A stretch of 64,000 bases of DNA from Eledone cirrhosa (GCA_964016885.1 OZ024747.1:63736001-63800000), one strand, 5' to 3'; shown: positions 1 to 14,159, counted from the stretch's first letter. The notes: a model not told the origin generated them from the letters alone. Numbers and translations: made by a program.

Positions 1-466
1 TTTGTTGTGGAAATATAGACATAAATATGGTTGGATTTAAACTTTAAGCAATTTCAAGTGAGAGAATTTATTTCTCTACATCCTTCCAAACTTTTAATAC
101 TTTAAAAATTATATATATATTTTTTTTCAGCATCAGCATCATCATTTTAATTTTTGCTTTCCCTTGGGCATAGGTTAGATGGGTTGTCAAAGTTTAAGTC
201 AGTTCTTATTCATAGTTACTGTCCTCGTAGATGGGTCAGAGAATAACATCATGCTCACACATTCCAAATTGTGACATAGTTTCTAGTCTGATGATGTGAA
301 AACCTTTGTTAAGTTATTTTTGAAATACCAACTTTATAACGAGACAGCTATATTACTAAATCTCTATAAATTCTTGATTATTTTCAAAAGTATTTGAAAA
401 TCATAGAGACAGTGTATTTTATTAGAAATATGGTAACCAAAGAATTGGAGTTCCATCCTAATTTTA

Positions 467-691
467 GTAGCAATTTATTTGTGCCCTCAGCTGGGATTTT
501 TAATTTTAGGATGGTTAGAATTTTTAATTTAATACCTCTATGTATAACTTTTCAATTTCAATAACTTGCGCCAGGCCAACTTTGAGATGAAAAATTGGGG
601 AATTTGCTGGTTATTCTAATTTTTTTTTGTGCATGAGGAGCCCCCTAGACCTGAAGTACCCCAGGCTCCCCAAGGTCTAAATCCAACCCTG
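467..691 (-). mobile_element. Partial hAT-type MITE (same family)
   Basis: Reverse complement of the 32462 element's left part, ending ggtctaaatccaaccctg. Confidence 0.75.
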
Positions 692-973
692 ATCACATCA
701 TTGTATGCTTCCCTATCCCTCAGCCACACACAAAAGAAAATAATAATAAAGAAGTAACAAATAGCATCATTTAAACTATACAGAAAAAACACACAGATAG
801 TATAAAAATCATTACTGCTAATTGTGTTGGAAATTACTTTACTTAATACATGAAAGATCCCGAAAAGTAACAGCTTTGAAGTTATTACTGTTAATAAGTT
901 AATAACCTATATATATTTGAAATAGTAGGTAAGTGAATGGTAGTGTAATGCAAAAAAGCTTTTAGCCAATACC

Positions 974-1520
974 TACACACATGCACACAAACATATACAC
1001 ATACACACACTTACTAATACACACACTAACACATAGAAACACAAACACATACGCATGCACACACACACATACACATACAAACACACACATGCACACACAC
1101 TAAAACATACACACACTAACACATAGAAACACAAATACATACACATCCACACACATACAAACACACACACACATACACACACACACACACATGCACATGC
1201 ACAAATACACACACACACTAACACACACATATACACACACATTAAAACATACAAACACACACACACACACATACAAACACACACATGCACACACACACAC
1301 ATACACACACGCTAAAACATACACACACTAACACATAGAAACACAAACACATCCACATCCACACACATACAAACACACACACACACATGCACACACATGC
1401 ACATGCACACACACACATACACACACACACACTTACTAACACATACACACACACACTAACGCATACAAACACACCCACACATATACAAACACACACAAAC
1501 ACACATATACACACACACTC
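974..1520. repeat. Compound (CA)n microsatellite with higher-order units
   Basis: acacactaacacatagaaacacaaa recurs three times within the CA tract. Confidence 0.95.
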
Positions 1521-2051
1521 ACGCTTTACTTTCTGTGAACTTGTAAATACTAAATGCTTCTGTCAGTCATCTGAGCTTCTCATAAAATTCAGTCCATCAC
1601 TTCATCTACTTAAAAATATTTTACTAAAACATTTCGACTAAAGTAAATGGCTTTATTTCCTCATAAAATATAAACTTTTTCAACCCTAAACTTATTTTTA
1701 TTGGCTAAGTTTCTGGTGTTTAACTATTGACATAGATTTTTAAAAATAAACTTCATTAACACTCCTGCTTTTTGGGGTGGGGTTTGTTTTGTTTTTATTT
1801 TGTTCATTTTAATTAGCAGAGTTGTTTAGGGGGTGGTGGGGACAGATGTGCTTTCTGGTATTTGATATGATTCTCTGAGTTATGGAATCAAATTTTGCCA
1901 AATTCTTCCATTCATCATCTCAGGGTTGATAAATAAAGTGTAGAGGATTAAGCAGAATTGTTATAAGTGTTGGGTAGGTGGTCTTATGGTATTTGTGTTC
2001 TGATTTCATTCTCACCCTAGATTACATACACACACATATATATATATCTGA

Positions 2052-2105
<54 letters not shown>

Positions 2106-2107
2106 GT

Positions 2108-2149
2108 TGACCCTGTGAGAAGCAGGCGAAACTCCAGAGTAACAAGACT
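2108..2149 (+). ncRNA. 5'-truncated hammerhead motif (family B)
   Basis: UGA-C-CCUG..CAGG-C-GAAA-CUC-CA-GAG-UA^ACAAGACU directly after a (TA)n tract. Homologous to 22048-22110; lacks the 5' part of the core and the 5' strand of stem I. Confidence 0.65.
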
Positions 2150-2182
2150 CACTATTTAGCCTTAATAAAATGGACATATATT

Positions 2183-3045
2183 CATCATCATCATCATCAT
2201 CATCACCGTTTTACGTCCGTTCTTCCACGCTAGCATGGGTTAGACGGGTTGTCCTGTTGTGGGCAGTGTCTGGTCGGCTGACCATGCCTTGCTCATACAG
2301 GAACTGATCTGGCTTGATTTCTACAGCTGGATGCCCTTCCTAACACCAACCTCACTTACAGTGAGTGCTGGGTGCTTTTTCGTGGCGCCTACACGTCCAC
2401 TTTACAGTGTGGGCTGGGTGCTTTTTTGCCGTGGCACCTCCACGACCACCTTGCGGTGGGGGGGGGGGGGCATATTGTTTATATGCTTCAGCATGTACCC
2501 ATGGGAGGTCGGGTACCCTGTATTACTGCGTGACGCCAGAAGTCACGGTCGTGTGTCATTGACTTTGAGAGGTGTAGTTGGGTAAGGTCGGCTTTTATCA
2601 CCTCATCCCAAGTCATCTTGGGTCTCCCCACTCCGCGGTTTCCATCAACTTCTAGTGCTCTGCACCTTTTTATGCAGCTGTCATCCTTCATACGCATCAC
2701 ATGTCCATACCAGCGCAACCGCCTCTCCTGCACACAGCATTTGATTCCTCTTATGCTCAGTCACTCTCTCAATTCCTTTATGCTTTGTCGTTCACGTATA
2801 TTACTGTTACACATCCATCGGAGCATGCAGGCTTCGTTTCTCTCTAATCTACGTAAGTCTTCCACCTTCAGCGCCCAGGTCTCACTACCATGCAGCATCG
2901 CTGTTCGGATACACGCATCATACAGTCTGCCTTTCATTCTGAGGGAGAAGCCTTTTGCAGCTAGCAGTGGTAGTAGTTCCCTAAACTTCTTCCATCCCGT
3001 TCTTACCCTAGTTATTGTACTTTCTGAGCACCCACCTCCGTTGCT
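2183..3045 (-). mobile_element. RTE-clade LINE 3' fragment with 3' UTR and (GAT)n tail
   Basis: Minus frame reads ..RLYDACIRTAMLHGSETW..LERNEACMLRWM..RRLRWYGHVMRM..GVGRPKMTW, a typical RTE ORF C-terminus, with an internal stop. Confidence 0.9.
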
Positions 3046-3455
3046 AATTCGAAATATTAACCTGTACTAATAATAAATATTTGATCTATGGGTTTATATA
3101 TATTTTTATACATATATACGATCCTTATCGAGCTATCTCCAGATTTTGGTTTTTGTATTTATCATATATATATATGTATATATGAAGTATTGAAATTTGA
3201 AAATACATCAATCCCAAACACAGAAAATAACTAAAATAACAGTCTGTTATTATAAATAATAATTGAGAAAATTGGATTAAGTATTCTCAGAGATGGAAAA
3301 ATGTGAACAGAGGTATCTATGAGGAATCAAACCCTATATCTCTTGAATATCATGCAAGGGCATTACTATTTTTTAAACTTTTATCTAGAGTGATCAACTA
3401 TTATTACCATTATTTTCTGCATTTTTGACTCTCATATATATATATATATATATAG

Positions 3456-3645
3456 GTACGTTATTCCGGGTTGAATTGGAGGTAACCACAGTAAGTAAGG
3501 TACTCAATACATAGCAGAGTATAAAGGTTTTAATATAGATGAGATTCTACAGGACTAGAACTGTTTCATTCTTTAGAAATCATCAGGAATCAGATTCCTG
3601 ATGATTTCTAAAGAATGAAACAGTTCTAGTCCTGTAGAATCTCAT
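3456..3645 (-). mobile_element. Penelope-like pLTR-type non-autonomous element, family A (tail plus 107-bp palindrome)
   Basis: Flanked by (TA)n on both sides. Perfect 53-bp arms at 3539-3591 and 3593-3645 carry a hammerhead. Partial copies at about 28034-28082, 45712-45777 and 57331-57432. Confidence 0.65.
3592..3642 (+). ncRNA. Type I hammerhead ribozyme motif (mirrored on - strand by palindrome)
   Basis: AGAUUC-CUGAUGA-U-UUC-UAAA-GAA-U-GAAA-CAG-UUCUAGUC-CUG-U-A^GAAUCU. Stem I 6 bp, stem II 3 bp, stem III 4 bp, GUA site at 3634-3636. Confidence 0.8.
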
Positions 3646-3709
3646 ATATATATATATATATATCCTCTATATCCTCTAATTGGATTACTTATAACAATAT
3701 TTTGTTATC

Positions 3710-3743
<34 letters not shown>

Positions 3744-4831
3744 GATAACAAAATATCATTATAGCTAATCCAATTAGAGGTTGTGAATACTTCTTATTAT
3801 GGATAGTTTTAGCGTACGGCGTTGCTTGACTCAACAAGAGGTTTACGTAGATGACGAGTTTATGAAGATCTGATCGAGCTAACATCGTATTTAAAATTGA
3901 GTGGCACTGCTTTTAGTGTTCAGCAATTTTTAGACAACTTTATCAGTGAAACAATTGTTAGACTGGAAATAAATCCCCTTTTTTGTACTGTTGACCATGT
4001 TATTCTCCACTTTTTTCAATTTTATATATATAAGCAGGGAAAAGTGGATGTAAAATGATTACGATGATGTGTGTGTCTATATGTGTGTCTATATGTCTGT
4101 CTTTCTGCATGACATCATATAGACACCATTAAGCAAATGACACCATTTTTTTAATGTTCTGCAGATAAGTGGAATAAGGAACATGCTTAAAAGTATGGGT
4201 TGGCATTAGGAAGGACCATAGAATAATACAATAGTATCTCAACATATCTCAATGAAACCATGCTAGCATAGAAAAACCAATGTAAAAGCAATTATGATGG
4301 TGTATTCTTCCAAACAATCTAGCTAGTAATTGCCTGAGTTTGCTGACTCCATGCAACTAGTTAGCCAGTTCTTCAATTTTAATATGAACAAAACAACTCA
4401 CAAATATCCTATTGTACTTTTAATGACAACAAAATTAGGATATTCTTCAATTTAAATTGCACAAAATTTCTCCTACGTCTTCTATTGAACATATAACAAC
4501 CATAAAATTAATGTCAGCCTCATTTTAACATGCACATAATATCTGCCACATATACAATTGTACTTATAATGACAACAATGAAAACGTGAAAAATAGATAG
4601 AAATATCCATACTTGATTTATTTTTCTTTTCTTTCTTCAACATAAAGCTAAACTGTTTCAGTTTCATTGTTAATGGTAATAAATTTTCACTTACACATGA
4701 CAATAAACATGCATCATATTTCTTGGTTATTTTTCTGTCTATGTCTTGATGAAAATGGACGTTAAATGATGATGAGTACACTTGAGAATTATTCTAATAT
4801 AAAGAGGAAATGAATAAGGTCTGAACATAAT

Positions 4832-5007
4832 TGTTTCTACTTTAGGCACAAGGCCAGCAATTACCCATTGCATTACTGGTACTTTATTTTATCGACCCCG
4901 TAAGGCAAAGTCAACCTCGGCGGAATTTGAACTCAGATCGTAAAGGGACGTAACTATGCTGGAAAGCATGGCGTCCGACCCTCTACCGATACTGCCAATC
5001 CACCGCC
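4832..5007 (-). mobile_element. SINE family 2 with 19-bp TSD
   Basis: TSD aataaggtctgaacataat at 4813-4831 and 5008-5026; B-box-like gagttcaaattcc; ggggtcgataaaataaagtacc domain. Other copies at about 23563-23745, 26698-26862, 40746-40935, 53283-53458 and 55657-55836. Confidence 0.85.
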
Positions 5008-7486
5008 AATAAGGTCTGAACATAATGGAACCAAATTCCCACTGTCACTGCCTCTGTCTCTCTGGCTCTCCCTATCTTTCACTATTATGAGCAAATGGGA
5101 GCCCATGCACTGGCAGCCCCAGTAGATAGAATAGAGAAGGCGTTTCCCTGGAGGATGGGGAGGGAGAAGTGCTGGAAGATTATAATGGAAAAAGTGTTAA
5201 ACTATGCTTCATTTTAAATATTGAAATTATAATTGTCTTGTTGTAAACTGGAAAGGAAAAATGAGAAACAAATCTAATTTAACTTCCTCTAATTAAAAGA
5301 AGAATAACTGTTTTAAATGTGTAGCAAATTATTATAGCGAAAGGAAACCTAATGGTAGACATTCTTTTTTTATAATCAATTTTTAATTAAAAATTTCAAA
5401 TAAACTTTCAGTTTATTCCATCCAAGTTTCTACATCTAATTATATTTCATGGAATATACACATAACAAATAACTTTTTGGCATGCTTCACAATTTAGGAA
5501 GAAGAACTTAATGTATTAATTAGCAAATAATTAACTAATGATATATGTGGAAAAAATAACTGAATTGTCAAGAGGATAAGTTATTTTTTTTTATATAGTT
5601 ATATATTTTACAAATTAATAGCGAACTGTGAATTGCTTAATATTTCGTTTTGTAACAAATTAATTAACTAGAAATTGTTAGGTTGTTTCAAGAAAAATTA
5701 ATAATTAGTCAGACATTTTGCTTGTGAGTTAAATAACTCCACTTAACTAGTTTCCTGATATCTCAGGTCTAAAACAGCTGATATTCTCCTTTCCAAATGT
5801 AAAAATGTCTCTTCCTATATATGGTAGATCTTCTGTTGGTTTCTACAATGGGTGTTCCAGTTCTTTGTTCAAGTGATTAGTCAACTGTGAGATTAATATC
5901 TAAAGGTTTGAGTATTTCAGATATGTTTACCTTTTAATATAATTCCTCATGGTGTTGATAGTGATGATGATGATGATGTGGGCGGGGGTGGGGGTGATAT
6001 GATGACGATGATGGTGGTGGTGTTCATGATGATGGGGGGAGGTAATATGATGATGATGGTGATGATGGGGGGGATGATAGGATGACATTGATGATGATGA
6101 TGATGGGGTTGGTGATGTGATGGTGGTGGTGGTGGTGATGGGGATGATGATGATGATGATGTATATAAATTATTATCTCATTATTCTATTTGACATATAT
6201 ATATATTTTTTTTGTTTTATTCCAGTTTAGATTTTTTTATGTCCAGATTGTTTACACCAGCCTGGTGTTCATTTGTTGTGGAGCACTAGTTCCTTCACAG
6301 AGAGAAAGTGTTATAGTATTCTTCTAAACTACTACAAAGTGTTATAGTCTCTGTAATACTACATCCTTCACTAGTATTATAGAGTAATGGGTAAAGACCC
6401 ACTTTGGTCATGAATGACTATAGAATTTCCCCCTAGGAAGCTCTCCTCCGAGGAACAAGTCCAGGCAAGTTTATTTCGTGGAAGACCAACAGTTTCCCTG
6501 GCATACCAGTCTTCTTTGTTGTTGTCTAAGGGAAAAGCTAAGGCCAACACAGCTTGGCACCAGTGACGTTACAATATATACTATACGTACACTCTACACT
6601 CTATATATACATTACATAAACACTCTATATACATTTATATATGATGTTGTCCAAGGGAAAGGCGATGGCCAATACAGCTTGGTGAGATTGCAACTCACAC
6701 TATATACATATATATATATATATACACTCTATACTCTAAATATAAACTTTATATACATTATATGATGTTGTCCAAGGGAAAGGCAATGGCTGATACAGCT
6801 TGGAACTAGTGATGTTGCAATTCATTTCTACAGCTCAGTAAACTGAAACAATGTGAAATAAAGTTTCTTGCTCAAAGACACAACTCACCATCCGATCTGA
6901 GAATCAAACTCACAGCCTCATGATTGCAAGCCTAAAGCTCTAACCACTAAGCCATATACCTTCACTAGCGTTATATAGCCTGTATAATACTGGCTTAATA
7001 TGGTCATTAAAATACTCATACTGTAATCCACTAATGTGATGCTATACTAGTGATATGTTATTAAAATACCAACATACAAAGTACTTGCTCAAGTATCTTT
7101 TATTTGTTCACCTTTTCTAGACATTCCAACCATGACCATCCTGTGTTCATACACTGTGTACAACAGATTACATTATCCAAATGCAGGTAATGACAGATAT
7201 GTCCCTGCCTCCTGCACACATTATATATAAAAGTCTGAAGTCTGTCTTAAGCCAGAAGGCACATTTAGCTGGTGCTTATCCTAATTTCATGACGTGAAGT
7301 GACTGAGAGTACAAGACTTCCTCCTGGACAGAATGCCAATCTATCGCAGGGTTAAACCTCCAGCTATTGCTGGTACACATTTTCAGCTGAGTATACTTGA
7401 GCAATGTGAAATGTAGTGTTTTGCTCAAGAACACAAAAACGTTATGATTGTAAGTCCAACACCCTTACCACTAGGCCACGTGCCTC

Positions 7487-7526
<40 letters not shown>

Positions 7527-8556
7527 CATAAGGCACCATTGTATATTTCTTCCATAAATAATACACAAACGGGGCCCAATCAACGTTTCAGCCAATAGCG
7601 TCAAGCAAGCTTCATTCATTACTGTTTGTGTGTATAATTTGAAGAATGCATGTGAGATTTGACTGTTATTTCTACCAGATCAGGTGACCATATTTCAGTT
7701 CTTTATTCATTATAATCTACTATTTAGTGTTATAGTGTGTGTAATAGCAGTTTGGCATGATCACTGTTTGTGTATGTGTGTAGGATTTTGCTGCTATTTC
7801 TACCAGATCAGGTGACCATATTTCAGATTCATTATTCCTAATAGTCTACTATACAGTGTTATAGTGCGTGTAATAACAGTTTGGCATGGTCACTAATGTA
7901 CAGTAATTGACCTATGTGTTACTACAGCGGTAATATGTTATTAAAATACCGCCACACATGACCATTGACATGGAGTTTAAAGAAATTTGCTTCTCTCATA
8001 TCTGATGACCTTTTCTAAAGCTGACAAGAAGTACTGATGTATGAAGGTTGCTTCCAGTTCCAGGAATGGTAATCTTACTTCTTTCTCTCTGTAAATCTTT
8101 TCAACTACTTCAACCTGGAATTATCTTGTAAGTGTTGCATAGTAAATTATGGACTGTAGGGATAGAATAACATAGAGAGGGGAAGAAGGAGAGAGAGAAA
8201 GAGAAATAAAAAATGTAATGCAAGCATTATCTACTGCTCTCTAGAGCACATTTAATCATCATCATCACCATCGTTATCAGCAAAACCATCGTTCTCAAGA
8301 TCAGCAGTGTCCTCACCAGTATCATCAACAATGTCGTCATCATCATCCTCACCATTATCAGAATCATCACCATTATTATCACCAATAATAATAGAGTTTC
8401 ACTCTGTCTATATAGATTGAACATAATAGATATATTAGTTTTATATCCAATTTCATTACACCTGTGTTGTGTTTATTTTGTCTGAACACTAGTTGTTTTA
8501 CAGTAAAGATGATGTCATAGCCTGTGTAAGAACAACGCTGTATCTTTTATTATCAT

Positions 8557-10410
8557 AGTATTACAATAATATCTGTAATAACAACACTACATCCTTCTCT
8601 AGTATTACAATAATCTATGTAATAACAACACTACATCCTTCACTAATATTACAATAATTACTGTAATAATAACACTATATCCTTCAATAGTATTACAATA
8701 ATATCTGTAATAACAACACTATATACTTCTCTAATATTACAATAATCTCTGTAATAACAACACTATATCCTTCTCTAGTATTACAATACTATCTGTAATA
8801 ATAACACTATATCCTTCAATAGTATTACAATAATCTATGTAATAACAACACTATGTCCTTCAATAGTATTACAATAATCTATGTAATAACAACACTATGT
8901 CCTTCAATAGTATTACAATAATATCTGTAATAACAACACTATATCCTTCACTAATATTACAATAATTACTGTAATAGCAACACTATATCCTTCATTAGTA
9001 TTACAATAATCTATGTAATAACAACACTATATCCTTCAATAGTATTACAATAATATCTGTAATAACAACACTATATCCTTCACTAATATTACAATAATTA
9101 CTGTAATAGCAACACTATATCCTTCATTAGTATTACAATAATCTCTGTAATAACAACACTATATCCTTCTCATGTATTACAATAATATCTGTAATAATAA
9201 CACTATATCCTTCTCTAGTATTACAATAATCTCTGTAATAACAACACTATATCCTTCTCTTGTATTACAATAATCTCTGTAATAACAACACTATATCCTT
9301 CTCTAGTATTACAATAATCTCTGTAATAACAACACCATATCCTTCTCTTGTATTACAATAATCTATGTAATAACAACACTATATCCTTCTCTAGTATTAC
9401 AATAATCTCTGTAATAACAACACTATATCCTTCTCTATATTACAATAATCTCTGTAATAACAACACTATATCCTTCTCTTGTATTACAATAATATATGTA
9501 ATAACAAACACTATATCCTTCACTAGTATTACAATAATCTCTGTAATAACAACACTATATGCTTCTCTAGTATTACAATAATTTCTGTAATAACAACACT
9601 ATATCCTTCACTAGTATTACAATAATTTCTGTAATAACAACACTATATCCTTCACTAGTATTACAATAATTTCTGTAATAACAACACTATATCCTTCACT
9701 AGTATTACAATAATCTCTGTAATAACAACACTATATCCTTCACTAGTATTACAATAATTTCTGTAATAACAACACTATATCCTTCACTAGTATTACAATA
9801 ATATATGTAATAACAACACTATATCCTTCACTAGTATTACAATAATATATGTAATAACAACACTATATCCTTCAATAGTATTACAATAATCTATGTAATA
9901 ACAACACTATATCCTTCACTAGTATTACAATAATATATGTAATAACAACACTATATCCTTCAATAGTATTACAATAATATATGTAATAACAACACTATAT
10001 CCTTCACTAGTATTACAATAATATATGTAATAACAACACTATATCCTTCAATAGTATTACAATAATATATGTAATAACAACACTATATCCTTCTCTTGTA
10101 TTACAATAATATATGTAATAACAAACACTATATCCTTCACTAGTATTACAATAATCTCTGTAATAACAACACTATATCCTTCTCTAGTATTACAATAATT
10201 TCTGTAATAACAACACTATATCCTTCACTAGTATTACAATAATTTCTGTAATAACAACACTATATCCTTCTCTTGTATTACAATAATCTCTGTAATAACA
10301 ACACTATATCCTTCTCTTGTATTACAATAATGTATGTAATAACAACACTATATCCTTCACTAGTATTACAATAATCTCTGTAATAACAATATAACAAACA
10401 CTATATCCTG
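8557..10410. repeat. 44-bp minisatellite, about 42 copies
   Basis: Unit tagtattacaataatctctgtaataacaacactatatccttcac; period verified at 8691 and 8735. Confidence 0.97.
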
Positions 10411-12602
10411 TCAGTTTTAACAAGTGTTTTAATTTTTGATTAGCTTAGGAAATTTGTGTACAAGTAGCTGAGCATTCTACATACACATGTATTATCAGCA
10501 TACTTCTCAGGGAGAGTCGATATCACCCAGTGTGTAACAAGGCTGGCTTACCTTTAAATTACAAGTGTGTAGACATTTTTCCAGCTGAGTGAATTGGACC
10601 AATGTGAAATAAAGTGTCTTTCTCAAGGACATAATATGGCCCCTTGGGAATCACAACCACAACCTTAACCATTAAGCCATGGATTCCCTGGTAGATATAT
10701 AATGAACACATAAATGACTTTAAAACAGTATTTATCTCATCTACATTCACTTGATTGTTTATCAAAGTCTTATTTCTTATTTTCCCCTACAACTGTCTTG
10801 CTCCCTCTTCTCTCTCTTTCTCTCTCTGTCTCTCTCTCTATATATACCTATCTATTTCTCTCTCTCTCTCTAACTATCTATCTATCTCTTCTCTATTAGC
10901 TATATTTCATTAAAGTTCTTAAAACGTTTATGGAATTCCTGATAAGACATTGCCAAAGGCAATTGCTAGCTATTGGTGTTCTTATTTGATAGAATCAGTA
11001 AGAGAGAATTGGGTGAAAATGTGAAAGTTGAAATGAAGTTAAAAAACTTCATTTGAAACTTGGTAAAACTTGTGGAAAATTATACTGAAATTATACTGAA
11101 ATTATACTGAAAATGAATGAAATACAAATGATTCTTGGTTCATATCTAAGAGGCTGATGTCTATATTGACATATATTTTGAACAGTTTCCATCTAGTAAA
11201 TTCACTCCCAAGGCATTGCTCAGCCTGAGGTTAAAGAAGACACTTGCCTAAGATACTACACAGTGGAGTTGACGTTAAACCCCAAACTATATGATTGTGA
11301 AACAAACTGCTTAACCAAACAGCGATGTCTGAAATTATGATGGGAAGAATAAAGTAAATTCATTTTAAAATATCCATTATTCAGGAGTTTAGCTGTATGA
11401 TCTTTATTAATGTCCCTTTCTGTAACTTCCTATCATTTTCCTAATATAACACTTTAACCCTTTCGTTACTATATTTCTATCAAAAGACATTGGCTATGAT
11501 TTTCAATTAATTCTAAGAATAATAGAGAATTTGGAGGGATTTTGTAATATAACTTTCTCATTATTAAGCTGGTATTTAGAACAGTACTTAAGAGAAGGTT
11601 ACATAATATTATGATGGTTGGTTTAAATTTATAACACTTTAAAACACATGCTTTTCTTATCATATAATCAGGGACAGTTTCAGATGGGTTGGTGTCAAAA
11701 ATGTTAAGTATTTTTATACAAATCTGTCTGAAACTATTCCTCATTCTATGATACAAAACTGTCCATTTTACTATGTTCAAACCTTTCATCATAATTTCAT
11801 ATCAGAACTTTTTTGTGAAGTAATGTTTCCAACAACAACTTGATAATGAAAAAGCTTTTTTATTAAATTTCTCTAATTTTTTATATAATTTTCAAAATTA
11901 ATTGAAACACTTTAACAGTGTGTTCCTTCAACCCTTTCACATTTACATTACTTTATATTTAGTATTATATTTTCACTGTGAAGGCTTTAACTTACATGCT
12001 TTCGAATCTATGAGAGTTTTATATGATTTATTTTAAGAACAATAACTTAGCATAAATATGATCAGCTGGTTACAGCCAGTTTGAACAGAAAGAGGTGAGA
12101 GAATTCTAGATGGATATGGCTGGTTTAAATGCTAAAGGGTTAAAAAATATAGTAACAAAAGAGTTATTATGGCACTTTATATCTTAACCTCCTTTTCTGA
12201 ATATTGGACGTTTTAATGATCTGCTAAATTAATGCCACAAAGGTGCGTAGTCAAGTGGTTAAGGTGTTGGACTCATGATCATAAAATTATTGGTTCAATG
12301 CACAGATTAAGCAGCATGTTGTGTCCTTCAGTGGGACTTTCTAGTTTATGATGTTCCAGTTGACTTACCTGGTACAAATAAATTCTCTATCTGTAATTCA
12401 AAACGCTGGCTGTGTCACGTACTATGTGATACTGAATCTCCCTGAGAACTATGTGAAGTGTACATGTATCTGTGGAATGAAAAGACATTTGCATATTACT
12501 TCCATGAGCAGGCTGGCCCCTTGAACAAATAACTGGAAACTTTTCATCAAAAACAACGGAGGTTCTACCCACACATGCAGACACACCCATACACACATAC
12601 AC

Positions 12603-13660
12603 TTCTTCTTCTTCTTCTATTTATACCTGAGAGGGTGGTGGAGGAAGAGTTCTCAAACTCTCCCTCCAGCAGGTCCTGTCTGAAGCAACCATCTCCAACT
12701 GATCCAGCTGGATCCCCAAGTTCATGGATGTTATCCAACCATCTTGCTCAGGGGTCTCCTGCCAGTTAGTTTTGCCCATAAAATCTGTCCAGCGATTATT
12801 TCCAAAGACATTCTAAACACATGCCCATAGTATCGAAGCTGTGATCTCTAAATTTGGAGAAGTAGTGGCTTTACCTGGAGTGACTCTCTGATTTCTGAGC
12901 TACACATTCTATCGAGTAACGTTACTCCAAAGATCCTTCGGAGGAATTCCATATCGGCCACTAGTTTTTGCGAAAGTATTCTTTGTCATATCCAAGTATT
13001 CAGGACCATAGGTAAGGGTTGGCCTGAAAACCGAATTGAAGATAGCAAGTTTGGCTTTTATGCCTACCTCCCTTCTTCTGATTACTGAATGCTGGAACTG
13101 GTGCATTACTGCACTAGCTTCTGCGATTCTTGCACTTAATTCATTCTTATTTCCATCACTCATGAACATGGCCCCGAGATACTTGAACTTCTCTACCTGT
13201 TTCACTGGAACTTCATTCACATGTGGAGTGCACTGAGCAGGCTTCCTTAAGAGGAAGAGTGTCTCAGTTTTTGCAGTGCTGATTTTCATTCCAGCCATGC
13301 AACACTTGGCATCAAACCTAACAAGTGCAAGTCGAAGATCATCTTCTGTCAAGATAAATAACATTGTGTTGTCTGCAAATTTCAGGTGACTGATTTCACA
13401 TGCAGCAGTCATGATACCACATCCAATCCAGCTGCATATGTCAATCCTGTTCATGTAAATAATGAACAGGAGAGGTGAGAGTACACACGCTTGGCGAAGT
13501 CTGACCTCCACATTGAATGGTTTCGATTTAGCACCATTTAACTGAACAGAAATACTTGGGCATTCCTATAGAGACATCAGGGTAGTCAGAAGCTGACCAT
13601 CAATCCCATACTCCTGCACAGCTTTCCACAGCAGGTCCCAAGGAACGCCGTCATATGCCT
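12603..13660 (-). mobile_element. RTE-clade LINE reverse transcriptase fragment with (GAA)n tail
   Basis: ORF 12909-13511: LRQACVLSPLLF, FADN, VEKFKYLG, RPTLTYG. Frameshifted. Related pieces at about 28965-29128 (-) and 62630-63045 (+). Confidence 0.9.
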
Positions 13661-13730
13661 TTACCAGGCCCACAAAACAGAGAATGTTTGAGCAAACTGA
13701 GGCACATATACACACATATATTTATACACG

Positions 13731-13782
<52 letters not shown>

Positions 13783-13997
13783 CACACTCCCACACATATA
13801 TATGCATATATATATATATACACACACACATGCTGCTAATACTTCCCATGTATTTATGAACAAATATGTTTAATCTAAAGTGAAAACATATTAAATTAAA
13901 CAACACAAATAAAATTATCTAAATATGATTAGATATTAGTAAAGTGGCAATTTTCATTATCTGTTGAAATAATTAATAATATAGCAAAAGACTTTAA

Positions 13998-14052
13998 ATG
14001 TTTATATACATATATATATGTATGTATATATATACGTATATATATATGTATG

Positions 14053-14105
<53 letters not shown>

Positions 14106-14128
14106 GTGGTGGTGTGTATATATATATA

Positions 14129-14159
<31 letters not shown>

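Noticed and set aside
283-315. CTGATGA-TGT-GAAA close spacing
   Set aside because: No stem I or stem II pairing; consistent with chance.
7978-8116. Minus-strand 45-codon open stretch after a ttccag acceptor (VEVVEKIYREKEVRLPF...)
   Set aside because: No recognisable homology, weak pyrimidine tract and no partner exons; a nested gene cannot be supported.
8557-10410. CRISPR-like array (palindromic repeat with regular period)
   Set aside because: Units are contiguous with no unique spacers, there are no cas genes, and the context is eukaryotic; it is a minisatellite.
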